From Eledone cirrhosa (taxonomy: Eukaryota), in contig OZ024742.1 of NCBI GenBank assembly GCA_964016885.1, positions 259,842,001-259,906,000 on the forward strand: a DNA stretch of 64,000 nucleotides, written 5' to 3'. The position numbers and the translations under genes were made by a program. The notes beneath the pieces are model-generated. The model was given only the letters and a program-made list of their open reading frames with translations, had not been told where the DNA came from and made no database searches. Positions 1-12,649 of this stretch are shown here, piece by piece (position 1 is the stretch's first letter; every line of letters begins with the position of its first letter).

Positions 1-790
1 GTATGATATGTGTGTTTATGTAAATATATGAGCATGTGTGTGTGTATGATATGTGTGTTTATGTAAATATATAAGCATGTGTGTGTATGATATGTGTGTG
101 TTTATGTAAATATATGAGCATGTGTGTGTGTGTGTATGATATGTGTGTTTATGTAAATATATGAGCATGTGTGTGTGTGTGTATGATATGCGTGTTTATG
201 TAAATATATGAGCATGTGTGTGTATGATATGTGTGTGTTTATGTAAATATATTAGCATGTGTGTGTATAATATGTGTGTGTTTATGTAAATATATGAGCA
301 TGTGTGTGTATGATATTTGTGTTTATGTAAATATATGAGCATGTGTGTGTGTGTATGATATGTGTGTGTTTATGTAAATATATGAGCATGTGTGTGTGTG
401 TATGATATGTGTGTTTATGTAAATATATGAGCATGTGTGTGTATGATATGTGTGTGTTTATGTAAATATATTAGCATGTGTGTGTATGATATGTGTGTGT
501 TTATGTAAATATATGAGCATGTGTGTGTATGATATTTGTGTTTATGTAAATATATGAGCATGTGTGTGTGTGTATGATATGTGTGTGTTTATGTAAATAT
601 ATGAGCATGTGTGTGTGTGTATGATATGTGTGTTTATGTAAATATATGAGCATGTGTGTGTATGATATGTGTGTGTTTATGTAAATATATGAGCATGTGT
701 GTGTATGATATGTGTGTGTTTATGTAAATATATGAGCATGTGTGTGTATGATATTTGTGTTTATGTAAATATATGAGCATGTGTGTGTGT
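1..790. repeat. Minisatellite, unit about 42-50 bp (gtatgatatgtgtgtttatgtaaatatatgagcatgtgtgtgt) with variable (TG)n length
   Basis: Directly visible tandem copies running off the window start. Confidence 0.95.
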
Positions 791-1296
791 GTGATATTCA
801 ACGCTGTAGTTTAGTGTATGTGTGTGAGATTCAATGTTTTGGCTAAATGATTATGCTACGTACATATGCGTGTATGTACTTCTATATATATGTTTATGTG
901 GGTCTATGTTAGTGTGTGTATGTGTGTGTGTGTGTGTGTGACAATGTTTATCGGTTTATTTGTGTGACTGTGTGTTTGTGTGACTGTGTGTATATGTGTG
1001 TATGTAATTATATGTGTCCGTGTATATGTGTGTGTGTGTGTGTGTATGTGATTATGTGTGTGTGTGTATGTGTGTATGTGATTATTTGTGTAGAATCATG
1101 AAGAGAATTATAAATTAGAGTTATTTGAAGTTTATTATTCCGTACCGATTGTTATTCTGGTTAGGAATGTTTATAAATGTTGCTATTGGTTTTGCTATTA
1201 TAATTATTGTTGTTGTTGTTGTTGCAATTGTTACTGCTTTTTGTTTGTCTTTGTCCACCAGATGACTCAGTAAGTAAAATGCAGTAAATTATATAA

Positions 1297-1377
<81 letters not shown>

Positions 1378-1981
1378 ATACAATAACAGAGATAGCTTAA
1401 AGCTAAACTCCGACTGGTAACCATCTCACTCAACAAACATTAGGTTATATGTTAGTATAAACCCAATTTAAGTGTTTGGGGTGCTAACTATATGTAATTT
1501 GTGGAAAGCCAGTTGTATTATTTTATGAGATATAATTAAAGTTAAAATATATCTCTCTTTCCAAACAAATGTTTCATTATAAGTTTTCTACAAATTGGGA
1601 GAATGTTTCCAGTTTATGTAGAAGCCTAACATATATTCATGTAAGAATATATTTAGGTGGGCACTTATAAATCTTCAGTGGAAGCCCATTAAACTTTGAT
1701 ATAAGAAAAAATTCTTACCGCAGTTAAAAATCGTGTCTGCTAAGCTTCTCCTTCACGCATCGAATGCCGCCAAATTTGAAATTCCAGCAGTCTTTTGACT
1801 GTGGAAGTTTCATAGCGTCACGAAGCGGGAAAGAGAGACAACCACGATTCACGAGAAAAAAAAATAATATACACGTGGGTTAATTAGTTTTTTCAAAAAC
1901 ATTATCAATCCAACGTGTTAAGAACTCAATTGAAATTAAAAAAATAAATGTATGCGTGTATTAATTACATACGCATATAGA

Positions 1982-2042
1982 TTTCATTTACCAGTGGTTT
2001 CTTGAAAGCAAACAAATTTTGCTTTCAATCATCAGAATGAAA
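1982..2042 (-). ncRNA. Type I hammerhead ribozyme motif, intact core
   Basis: Minus strand reads tttcatt-CTGATGA-ttgaaagcaaa/atttg/tttgctttcaa-GAAA-ccactgg-TA-aatgaaa: 7-bp stem I, 11-bp perfect stem II, near-palindromic stem III, GUA cleavage triplet. Confidence 0.85.
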
Positions 2043-2152
2043 ATATCCTGGTGTATTTATTGACATTGGATTTTAAAAAACTTTTTAAAAACTTTTTAAA
2101 CATTTTGAAAAAGGTTTTTTTTAATCCAATGTCAATAAATACACCAGGATTT

Positions 2153-2209
2153 TTTCATTCTGATGATTGAAAGCAAAATTTGTTTGCTTTCAAGAAACCA
2201 CTGGTAAAT
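2153..2209 (+). ncRNA. Type I hammerhead motif, inverted copy of 1982-2042 with a mismatch in stem I
   Basis: Same core on the plus strand; the 3' strand of stem I reads aatcaaa instead of aatgaaa. Confidence 0.75.
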
Positions 2210-2309
2210 CAAATAATTGCCTTATGTTGTTTATTACATAACTATTAAGCTCTGTAACCTACATAGAGCACTCTTTTTTCCTGGACCTTTCCGACGGAAT
2301 TACTTCATT

Positions 2310-2400
<91 letters not shown>

Positions 2401-2534
2401 ACATGCACAAAACATACTATCATGTGTATATGTGTGGGCGCGCGTATGTGTGTTAGTAAATCTCTGTTACTGAATAAAATATTGGAGATAGCTGACGGTT
2501 ATTGTATATATATGGTGTGTAAATTACCTAGCTG

Positions 2535-3780
2535 TATGAACACGTGCAATCCTGTAGCTAGTACTAACTGTAATTGTAGGAATCGGGTTGACTGCCCCCT
2601 ATCCGGGAAATGCCTCTGTAGTAACATTGTCTACAAATGTAAGGTTGAAACACCCACGTCCCGTAGGACCTACATAGGGTTAACCGCCAATAGATTCAAG
2701 CACCGTTTTTACATGCATACCCATTCTTTTCTTAACCCTTTAAGAAGGAATATGACGTCACTTTCAGCTTATATCTGGAGTCTAAAAGACAACCACACCC
2801 AATATAGGTTACACTTGGAGATCCAAGACCGCAAATAAAAGACCATGTGACCTCTGCGCCGCTGAAGCCCTGGAAATACTCTACGCCAATGACCACATCT
2901 TAAACAAAAATCTGAGGCGATTTCGGCTTGTAAACATAAATTGCATAAAACTTTCCTGTATTACAGCCCCACATTATACCCTAACGGATAGTACGAACAA
3001 TACGCGGATAATTTACGTCTTGATGTGGTAGATAAGTATATTTTATGTTTATACCATTACTTATTTGTATAGGTAAGTACATATTACCTGTATGTTTTGT
3101 GAAGGTACGTATACTTTCATGTACGTATATGTGCTTGTATTTGTTATAGGTGTATATATTATATTATATATACTGGTACATGTGTATATGGTTATGTGTA
3201 TACGTGTATTTTGCGTTTGTGTGTGTATGCAGGTTTGCACGAATGTAGGGTGTGTGTATATGCGTACTTTGTGTTTTGGTTGACGTACGTTTAGCGAACA
3301 TATGTGTATTTACCTGTAGGTATGTGTGTGCGCGCGTTATATACGTATTTATGTGTGTATATTTATATACGTTTATATAATTATATGTATACACGCACAC
3401 ACACACATATATTTTTTTTTTTCATATATTTTTATGTGTATTTGGTGTATACGTTCGTATGTGTGCGGGTACAGGTGTTGCGCGGGTTTTTGTATGTGTG
3501 CGCGTGTTTTTGTGTACGTGCTTGCATATGCATACCCATGGCGGGTGTTTTCGCGTATGCATGTGTATGTACGTATATGGATGCGTGCATGTATATATTT
3601 AATTATTGTTGATTTTAATAACCTCTTTAATTTATTTACATTCTTAACTCTGAAGCCGAGATTCATTCGGTTTCCGAAATAGAATTTTAGTTTATGCCAT
3701 AAACGTGGTTTTGTCTTTGCGTGTAATTGTTCTCATGTCCCACATCATGACGTATTATCTTCGCTTTTTTCCGTTCATTG
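2535..3780 (+). mobile_element. 5'-truncated Penelope-like element: GIY-YIG endonuclease remnant, 3' UTR and pseudo-LTR
   Basis: Translation CNCRNRVDCPLSGKC...IVYKCKV...TYIGLTANRFKHRFYMHTHSF...SLSAYIWSLK, then after a frameshift RPCDLCAAEALEIL...LNK...CKHK. A degenerate HHR-like ctgaag...ccga/tcgg...gaaa lies at about 3646-3692. Confidence 0.85.
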
Positions 3781-3968
3781 CCAGCGAACGTTTCCACGAA
3801 CCAAAGTATCGTCTTCCTGTCTTCCTTCGGTTGCAACATTTTTCGAAATATTTACCTCTCCGTTCACAGATTGATTCTTTTAGTTTCAGAAGATCCCATT
3901 AAGAGTGAAAGCAGCGATTCTTTGCTTAAACTTTAATCTGTTATTTTAATAAATTAATATATATATAT

Positions 3969-4073
<105 letters not shown>

Positions 4074-4215
4074 TTAGCTCTCATTAAATATTAACCTTTC
4101 TATAATATTTAACATTGTATCTCTAAGCATTGAGCACACTTCTCTTCGGCTATTGTCATCTAATATATTGATCATAATTCTTTCTCTTCCACTCTTATGA
4201 TATATGTCTCTTCTT

Positions 4216-4269
<54 letters not shown>

Positions 4270-4373
4270 CTTGGGGAGGGTCATATTGTTGTAATAATAT
4301 TGCCAGAAATAATAATATATTTTATATATATATAATCATATATGTATATATATAATAATATATTTATATATAT

Positions 4374-4443
<70 letters not shown>

Positions 4444-4644
4444 TTATCCTATATAATATTTATATATGTATATATTGATGCTCATGCAACATACGTGAAA
4501 GTATTTGAGATGAAGTGATGCCTGTGCTTGAAGCGCTTTTAAATGAAGAAAGGCCTTGCACTGAAGCAATCTCACTCTCTGAACAACGGTAACAGGTATC
4601 CAAAAGGAATAACAGGTCCACATCATTGGCTGCCACCGAGTCGC

Positions 4645-4772
4645 AGGTTTTACATCAATGCTTTTCTTCTCCTAAGATGATGCCCTAACAAGGACCAGGA
4701 GTCTCTCCCTCTGGGTGGACTATCCGCGCACTCGGGCATGAAACCGAGTATTTTCATGTGCCCGCGCTTCAT
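4645..4772 (-). mobile_element. Fragment of a dispersed non-coding repeat next to (TACA)n (family also at 7220-7770, 12650-13240, 43680-43970)
   Basis: Shared motif (t/c)taggagaagg/aaaag...aaacctgc on the minus strand; abuts (TACA)n. Confidence 0.5.
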
Positions 4773-4845
4773 CATACATACATACATACATACATACATA
4801 CATACATACATACATACATACATACATACATACATACATACATAC

Positions 4846-5760
4846 AAAATAGACCAGTTGACTGTAGATATTTTACATGTTTACTTGTGATGAAAACGCA
4901 GACAATAGAGAAGATAAACTACACTCAAATCCGGACGTTGAGTTCCAACAAGATCATAACATCTCACCATGAAGTATACCTCCGTGTAATCCAGGTACAA
5001 GAAATCCACACCAAATACTGAGGGAAGTCATCAGTTGACATTAAATGTAGGCTGTGCAAAACAAAGTTTGAAGACGTTAGCTACATTATTGCCAACTGAA
5101 AGAATGTCTACCTCACCATGCATCGCGGTAGCTAGTATAATCTTAAATGCACTAAGGAAGACAAAAATGTTAACAAATAGGGAGGAATGTATTAAGATTG
5201 ATGGCTGAAATGAATATTGGTAGAATATAAAAATGAAAACCGCCACCAAATTAAAACCCTGCCAGCTTGCTATTATTGTTTGGGCGGTGAATTGGCAGTA
5301 TCGGTAGAGGGCTGGACGCCATGCTTTGACGCATAGAGTTACGGCCCTTGCCATTCTGAGTTCAAATCCCGCCGAGGTTAACTTTGCCTTTCATCCTTAC
5401 GGAGTCGATAAAATAAAGTACCAGTAATACACTGGGATAATTGCTGGCCTTGTGCCAAAAGTAGAAGCAATTATTATTTGAGACCACAGATTGATAACAT
5501 GGTATCTTGTTGATGTTAGTTACCAACTAGATGGTAATGTAGAAAGAAAAATGCAAGAGAAGAAGGAAACCTATAGCGCATCGATGAGGGGTTTGTAAAT
5601 CAAGTACCCGAGAAACAGGTTCATTTTCAATCCTATTATTATTAGAGCTACAGTATATATACCAACCTTTCGGGACCAATGTATGATTGAAGTAGGATAC
5701 GCAACTCCTTAATTCATAAGCTATATCGAACTCTGTAAAGCATTCTTACGGCTGCACAAG
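4846..5760 (+). mobile_element. Degraded R4/Dong-like non-LTR retrotransposon C-terminal region, interrupted by a SINE
   Basis: Recognisable similarity to the RLE region at 13335-13850 (EYWWN-like, PIII-like segments); flanked by (TACA)n. Confidence 0.5.
5283..5478 (+). mobile_element. tRNA-derived SINE family 1
   Basis: A-box-like tggcagtatcgg, B-box gagttcaaatcc, conserved body gaggttaactttgcctttcatccttacggagtcgataaaataaagtacc, (att)n tail; many copies in the window. Confidence 0.85.
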
Positions 5761-5969
5761 GGATAATGGAAATGTTCTTTTCTTCCTTGCAGCCAAGAAG
5801 GTGGTCAGTAAAAAATAAACTCAAAATTAAGTGAGATACTATACATACATACACACATATGCAAACAAGTAAATATATATATGCATGCATACATACATAC
5901 ATACATACATACATACATACATACATACATACATACATACATACATACATACATACATACATACATACA

Positions 5970-6300
5970 TTAAGAAATTACAAGTACAATCAATTAATGG
6001 AACAGTAAAAATATGTAAAACATTCCAAAAATTCTGCATCTAATAACTGCATATACACATGTACAGATACAAAGCATATGCACATGCACACATACAACTT
6101 AAAACATACACACCCACACATACAATAACATCCATACCTGCACACACATACATGCATGCAGACATGCATGCATGCAGACATGCATACATATCTACCTAGT
6201 TGATGTAGTGTAAATTCAAATGAGAGAGTCTTGTATCTATGTTAGAAACCGACTCTCTCTCTCTATTTGCTAAAATTTGTGAAATTATAAAACCAGAACA
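5970..6300 (+). mobile_element. 3' end of the R4-like element
   Basis: Highly similar to 13772-14066 (RKLQVQSI.GTVKICKT and 3' UTR ending gaaattataaaaccaga); flanked by (TACA)n. Confidence 0.85.
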
Positions 6301-7104
6301 TACACACACATACATACATAAACGCAAACATATATATATATATATACATACATGCGCACATACATACATACATACTTACATTATACATACATGCATGCAT
6401 ACATACATACGTACGTACGCACATACATACGTAAATACATAAACATTTGTGAAATTATAAAACCAGATGAACATACATACATACATACATACATACATGC
6501 ATACATACATACATACATACATACATACATACATACATGCATGCATGCATACATACATACATACATACATACATACATACATACATACATACATACATAC
6601 ATACATACATACATACATACATACATACATACATACATACATACATACATACATTCATACGTTCCCACTTCAATAATCATAAAGAAATGAAATTTAAAAA
6701 CCGATATATATAAAATATAATCATTGATAAAGTGAAAATATACGATAAACACTCGGCGATTATAAAATCAACAAACATTTTCAGCAATTTAATGAAATCG
6801 GAGAAAAAAATCGAGAGAAGTATATTTTAAAATGTCTGGCTATCTTCAGAAAAGTCTGTAGCCATTACAATGATTCGTAGTCTCATTAAATAATTACTGG
6901 TTTATCTCTCAGTCTGTTTGGCTGTTTATCTCGTGGTTTGTTTGTTTATATGTCTGTATGTATGTCTGTCTGTCTGTCTGTCTGTGTGTATGTGTTTTTT
7001 TTATATTTGTATGTATGTATTTCTTTCTGTCTGTATGTATATATATATATGTGTGTGTGTGTATGTATTACGTACGTATGTATGTATATATGTATGAGTA
7101 TGTA

Positions 7105-7203
<99 letters not shown>

Positions 7204-7219
7204 ATATGTATGTTGTATG

Positions 7220-7770
7220 TTACAACCTGTCGCATGGTCGGGTCGTCGGCGACTAAAGCGGCAACCCCACCAAGTTTACTTGGTGAGAAGGGTGATTTTG
7301 GACACCCTGCAGGACACAATACAAAACCTGACAAAGGGCGCAAGAACTCATAAGGGTCAACGGCCATCCAAAAATGTGTAAATATGTATATACACATGTA
7401 CATGTGTGTGTATATGTGTATATGCATGGGGGCATGTGTATGTATATGCGAGGGGACATAGAAATAGTCGGGCTGGACACTCGATCGCGCGGTTAAACCA
7501 CTGGGAGTGAAGGACCCCTAGCCTTTCTCAGGGCATTCTCCTAGGAGAAGGCAACTCAGGAAACTGGGATAACTCCGATATAAAACCTGCGGCTCTGTAA
7601 TTACCGATGATGTTGATCTTTTCTTCTTTTCTTGTTATAGCTACTGTCGCTCAGAGAGTGGGATTGGCTCAGTGCACAGTCTTTCGTCACTTTAAAAAAT
7701 ATCTTCACACACAGGCATTGCACGATAGAATTAATTATTAATAATGGTATATCGTGCAATGGCCATACTT
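7220..7770 (+). mobile_element. Dispersed non-coding repeat in (TATG)n, resembling a non-LTR retrotransposon 5' region
   Basis: Reverse-complement similarity to 12830-13200 (ggcgactaaa..ggcaaccccaccaag, ggacaccctgcaggac, ctaggagaagg). Confidence 0.7.
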
Positions 7771-8119
7771 GATAACGAGAGAGCAGCCATCATATATGTA
7801 TGTATGTATCTGTCTGTATGTTATATATCTGTTTAACTGTTTATCTCTCTGAATGTCTGTCTGTTTATCACTTTATCTATCTGTCTATCAGACTGTATCA
7901 GAGTATCCTTCTATCTGTCTATCTATCTGTTTATTTATGTGCTTATCAATTTATCTATCCATCTATCTGTTTGTATCTCTCTTTATCTGTCTCTCTGTTT
8001 ATCTGTCAGTCATTTTGTCTGCCTGTCTGACTTTCTACTAATCTGTCGAGATGTCTGTTTGTCTATCTGTCGGACTGTTAAACAGTCTGTCCGACTGTTT
8101 ATATATCTATCTATCTGAT

Positions 8120-8340
8120 CACTCTTCGTGCTCCTGGAGATGAGGGTTGTACATTTTTTGGGGGTGTGTAAAACCCATGTGTAACGCCTCCCCCCTATTG
8201 GGGATTTCAATTGTTAATTGTTATTTGTTATATGTTATTTGTTATTTTTTATTAATTCTATTTTTTTACACGCTTGTATGTAAACTCCCCACTCTGTATT
8301 TGTCCCCATCTTTTTGCACCCTTGTGGCAAATAAAGAAAT
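8120..8340 (+). mobile_element. 3' UTR of a Tx1/L1-like LINE in (CTAT)n
   Basis: Matches the reverse complement of 44965-45165; ends ...tgtggcaaataaagaaa. Confidence 0.7.
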
Positions 8341-9524
8341 ATATCCGTCATGTTTAGCTGCCTCGCTGTCCATTTGTCTAGCTGCCTGTCTGTCTGTCTG
8401 TCTGTCTGTCTCTCTAGCTGTCTGTTCGTCTGCCCATTTGTCCGTCTATCCGTCTGCTTGTCCATCCGTCAGTCTAGCTCTCTGCCCGTCTCTCTATTCT
8501 AAATGGATGGCGGTTAATTGTCAGAACCAATAGAGCGTCAGACAAAATGGTTTGTAGCATTTAGTTACGGCCGTTTACGTTCTAAGTTCAAATCCTGCCG
8601 AGATCAGCTATGCTTTTCATCCTTCAGTAGCCTATTGAGGTCTATTTAATGCCCTCCCCGCTCCCCCAAAAAATATTAATAAAATAAAATAAATGAATAA
8701 ATAAATAAAAACATTACTGCCCTTGCAAACAATTAGTGACTCTTAACGTCTCAAGCTAAGACTGAACATATTCAAAACATAAATTTTAAAAACCTTCATT
8801 TAGTGGAATGATACGTGATTGCTGAATAAGTTAAGGGAAACCCCAGATTACATAGGTAGATGTATCTCTTTTCTTTTCCTCTTTGTCTTCTTCTTCCCCC
8901 TGTCTCATCCTATCACTTCCTTCCACCCCCTATTTTCTTCCTCGTCTGCTTTTCCCCTTTGGCCTACACCGATGCAGCCCATCGGGCCTTGTAGCATCAG
9001 TTACCTCCACCCCTGTAATTTTAAGATAGAATTGGCCGAATACGTTTGACTAACTACTTATAGCAGATGTGTTAAACCCCTTTAATTTTGTATCAGTTTT
9101 GTAAGTTCTACAAGTTTTTTTCTATTCTCAACTTATTAACCTGTAATTGTAAGATAACATTGTGATTTTTTTTATTCATTTCTCACTATCTAATTTTATA
9201 TATTTTTTTATTTATTTCTAGTATCTTTTGTTGTCTCCTACTCTCATTCGATTTACCTATCCTATAACCTCCGTCCTCCACTTCATACACTATCCTTAGA
9301 ATCTGCTGTATACATATCAGTTTCAACGCTTGTCCGCTCCACTCAACCCCCTATTGTTCTACAGGCAAGTTCAGCCACCCCTACCTCCCACCAAATGCCA
9401 TGATAGACTTATTTGTGTTTACAACAAATTTTAACCAATCCTCTTGACAACAACAATCTTCCCATATAAGGAAGTACCCCCTTGACAAGTTCGGCTATTT
9501 ATTCACCAGGTTAAAAATTCTAAT

Positions 9525-9663
9525 TTAGTCCAGAAATAGCCGTCGAAACGGCTTGAGCTCTGCCGTCGGGGTCATACTTTTTCCTATTTCCCACTCTACT
9601 ACCCTAAGTATTGAGTACTCTGGTGCGTTATGGTCCATCTGGTTCCTTACCACAATTCCTGTG

Positions 9664-9733
<70 letters not shown>

Positions 9734-9938
9734 CGAAGGAAATGTGGTAAGGAACCAGATGGACCATAACGCACCAAAGTACTCAATACTTAGGGTAGTA
9801 GAGTGGGTAATAGGAACGAGTAGGACCCCGACGGCTGAGCTCAAGCCGTTTCGACGGCTAATTCTGGACTATCTTTTAGTCCAGAATTAGCCGTCGAAAC
9901 GGCTTGAGCTCAGCCGTCGGGGTCCTACTCGTTCCTAT
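9525..9938. mobile_element. Family A short element: three copies in alternating orientation around (TA)n, each carrying only the 3' half of a hammerhead
   Basis: Copies at 9525-9666 (+), 9732-9871 (-) and 9877-9938 (+, partial); motif gccgtc-GAAA-cggct/tgagctc/agccg-TC. Confidence 0.85.
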
Positions 9939-9954
9939 ATATATATATATATAC

Positions 9955-12050
9955 TGACGAAGCATAAGTCAATTGCATGAACTCATAATCCTTTATTTAC
10001 TGCTATATATATTTCGATGATATCCATTGAATGGCTATGACCTCATCAGGCAGTTAGTCAGTTCTTAGATATGCCAACTCTGTGTTTATGGTGTTGATGG
10101 TATCAGAGCCTTGGGACATATGAGCTTGTTAGGGATAATTTAATGTTGTCAGCAGGAATAATCTTAATTCTCATTGGTCAGTTTGTAGATGCTAGTAGGG
10201 TTGGTATTTGACTTCAAAGAGGCAGGTGGCGTTGTAAAGTTTAAACCGTCAGGCAAGATGACAATAGTTCCATATGACTGATTTTCACAAAAAGCATTCT
10301 TGGTCAGATATATATTCAATTGAGGTTTATAGTATGAAATTCGATACTACAGGTCATTCTTAAATTGCGGTATTTATGTGGGGTGGTATTACTGAAAATT
10401 ATGGTTAGAATCGAATACTTGAAAGTTTACATATAAAAAGACTTATGTTGGTTGACTTGCACATACACTCACACCCACCCCCACAGACACACACACACAC
10501 ACACACACACATCCACACTTACAAATTGGGGAATTTATGAGGGGTGGTAATACTGAAAATTATGGTTAGAGTCAAATACTTAGAAAGTTTACAAATAAAA
10601 AGACTTATGCTGGTTGACTTGTACATACACTCACACCTACCCCCACAGACACACACATCTACACACACAAATCCATACAGGTGTGTATATATATGTATGT
10701 ACGCACAAGTGCATATATATATACATCAGAGGCCCCCAAATCCAAGTATAAGGCAGGCATAAAACGAGGTGGGTGTTATGTTTAAAGAAAAGTAAAGTGG
10801 GTGTTTGGAAAAGTTATTGTTTAGACAAGAGTGTGATATATATCTTCACAGCAATAGCTTGGGGCTTTGGAGCTTAGGCGAATCCCTTAGTACAGACATA
10901 TATAGGTACACGCACCCACCTACACATTTATACCTCTGGATGCGTGTGTATGTCTATATACACATGTGCACTCAGACACGAGAGCATATACAAATATATT
11001 CTTAAGCATACACTCGAACATTTTTCAAATGCAACCTGGGGTATTAGTATTTCGTTGCGTTCACATAAGTGTGTACATTCACGTAATCCCAGTATACACA
11101 CACAACACACGGTTGCGGGCACTCATTCATGCGTATAGGGTTAGTACCTTAGGATAACTGTTCTTCCTGTATGGGCCACTACCGGGGGGGGGGGGCTCCT
11201 CAGGTTCAATAAACGTGGTTTTGCTGACTCCTAACCAGTAGAGGTTCCGGTGGACAATCCACCGTAGGGACTACAAACTATGGGTGGGTGTTGTTGCCCA
11301 TTGGTCATTGGTACGGGGTGTAGGGGACCTACAGGTGGGGAGGGCGTTGTGGGAGGCCATAACCGGGGTTTATCCATATAGCTTGAGGAAAGTTCCCGTC
11401 CTTAGGTGTCTGCAGGCGCCGAATAAGTCGGCCCATCTGTTTAATAGCTTGGTTCCGCCATGAAGTATCTCGAGTGTCTCACTAAGACAGATGTTGCAAA
11501 TACCAGACCCACCTCTGTCTGGGGAACCTATCTAACCACAGACCAGACCAAAGAGTGCGGGGTCTTTTCAAGTTTGAGCTTCCAGATCAATTCAGAAAGG
11601 ACCATACATTTCCTCTTTTCTATTCTGTTAAAGGAATGGCGATGGTTATACCACCTATCTTTGAAGCTCGTCGCCGTGGACCCTATGTAGTGGTGCTCCG
11701 AGTTAGGGGTTGTGACCTTGCACCTGTAGACTACGTTTTTCGTCGTGCACTCATTACTAAGGGGGCATAGTGATGGGTCTCTGCAATTGCATGACTTCTT
11801 AAGCCCTGCACATGTACCGCGTGGTTACCATCACTCGGGGTTGGCTGGGTAGCCGCCGCGTTCCGCTGTGGTAGTTGGGCCTGTCCGGGGTCTGGTGCGT
11901 CCCGTGTGCTGGTTCCGTTGGGTGGATCCGTGGTTTACGGTGGTATTAGAGGCAGTGAGCCTATTCCTATTTATGCCGGCTATGTGCTGGGCTACGGAGC
12001 GTGTGGTTGAGTAGGAAAGTTTCACCGTGTGCCTGTTGGCCTGTTGAATA
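9955..12050 (-). mobile_element. 5'-truncated Penelope-like element (RT thumb/linker, GIY-YIG, long 3' UTR, HHR)
   Basis: Minus-strand translation HTVKLSYSTTRSVAQHIAGINR... then SCNCRDPSLCPLSNECTTKNVVYRCKV...HYIGSTATSFKDRWYNHRHSF...LSELIWKLK...CNICLSETLEIL...LLNR...CRH (about 11400-11810, one stop and a frameshift); (TA)n on both sides. Confidence 0.9.
9999..10054 (-). ncRNA. Type I hammerhead motif at the 3' end of a PLE
   Basis: Minus strand actgc-CTGATGA-ggtcatagccat/tca/atggatatcatc-GAAA-tatata-TA-gcagt: 5-bp stem I, AUA triplet. Confidence 0.8.
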
Positions 12051-12649
12051 TTTATATATATATATATATAATCTATATATATATTATATATACTAGCATG
12101 TGTAGTGTGTATATTGATATTATACGCAAATATATATGCATGTAGATATGATACATCAAATGAAATCGTAATGGACAATATACACAGAAATTGAACGAAG
12201 TCTGCGTTACACTCTCTTATGTAATCAGTAAAGTAATCCAGGATACATTAAAAAATATATATATTATATATAAACTGCATTAGGAAAAGAATTAGGGACG
12301 GAAATATATTAATGTTTATATAAGCGATCGCTAACCGGAAGTGTTGACATTTGAAAATGTTAAAGAAGTGAATCTTAAAATAAGCAATAAAATTATTTAT
12401 ATTTAATCAAAATTTACGAAATTTAGAACATAAATCATGTAATATTCATTCATTATTGATTCAAAGTAATCCAATTTATTTTACAAACGGTATATAAAAA
12501 AACATATTCTGGACGCAGTCCCGCACTCCTTTCTTTATTATAGTTAAGATACACACTTATATACATACGTTCATACATACATACATACATACATACATAC
12601 ATACATACATACATACATACATACATACATACATACATACATACATGGT

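Noticed and set aside
1470-1925. DNA transposon ending in TTAA
   Set aside because: Could not identify matching terminal inverted repeats or a TSD.
9820-9930. Complete hammerhead formed across the family A hairpin
   Set aside because: The pairing is only the inverted duplication; no CUGANGA box is present on either strand.
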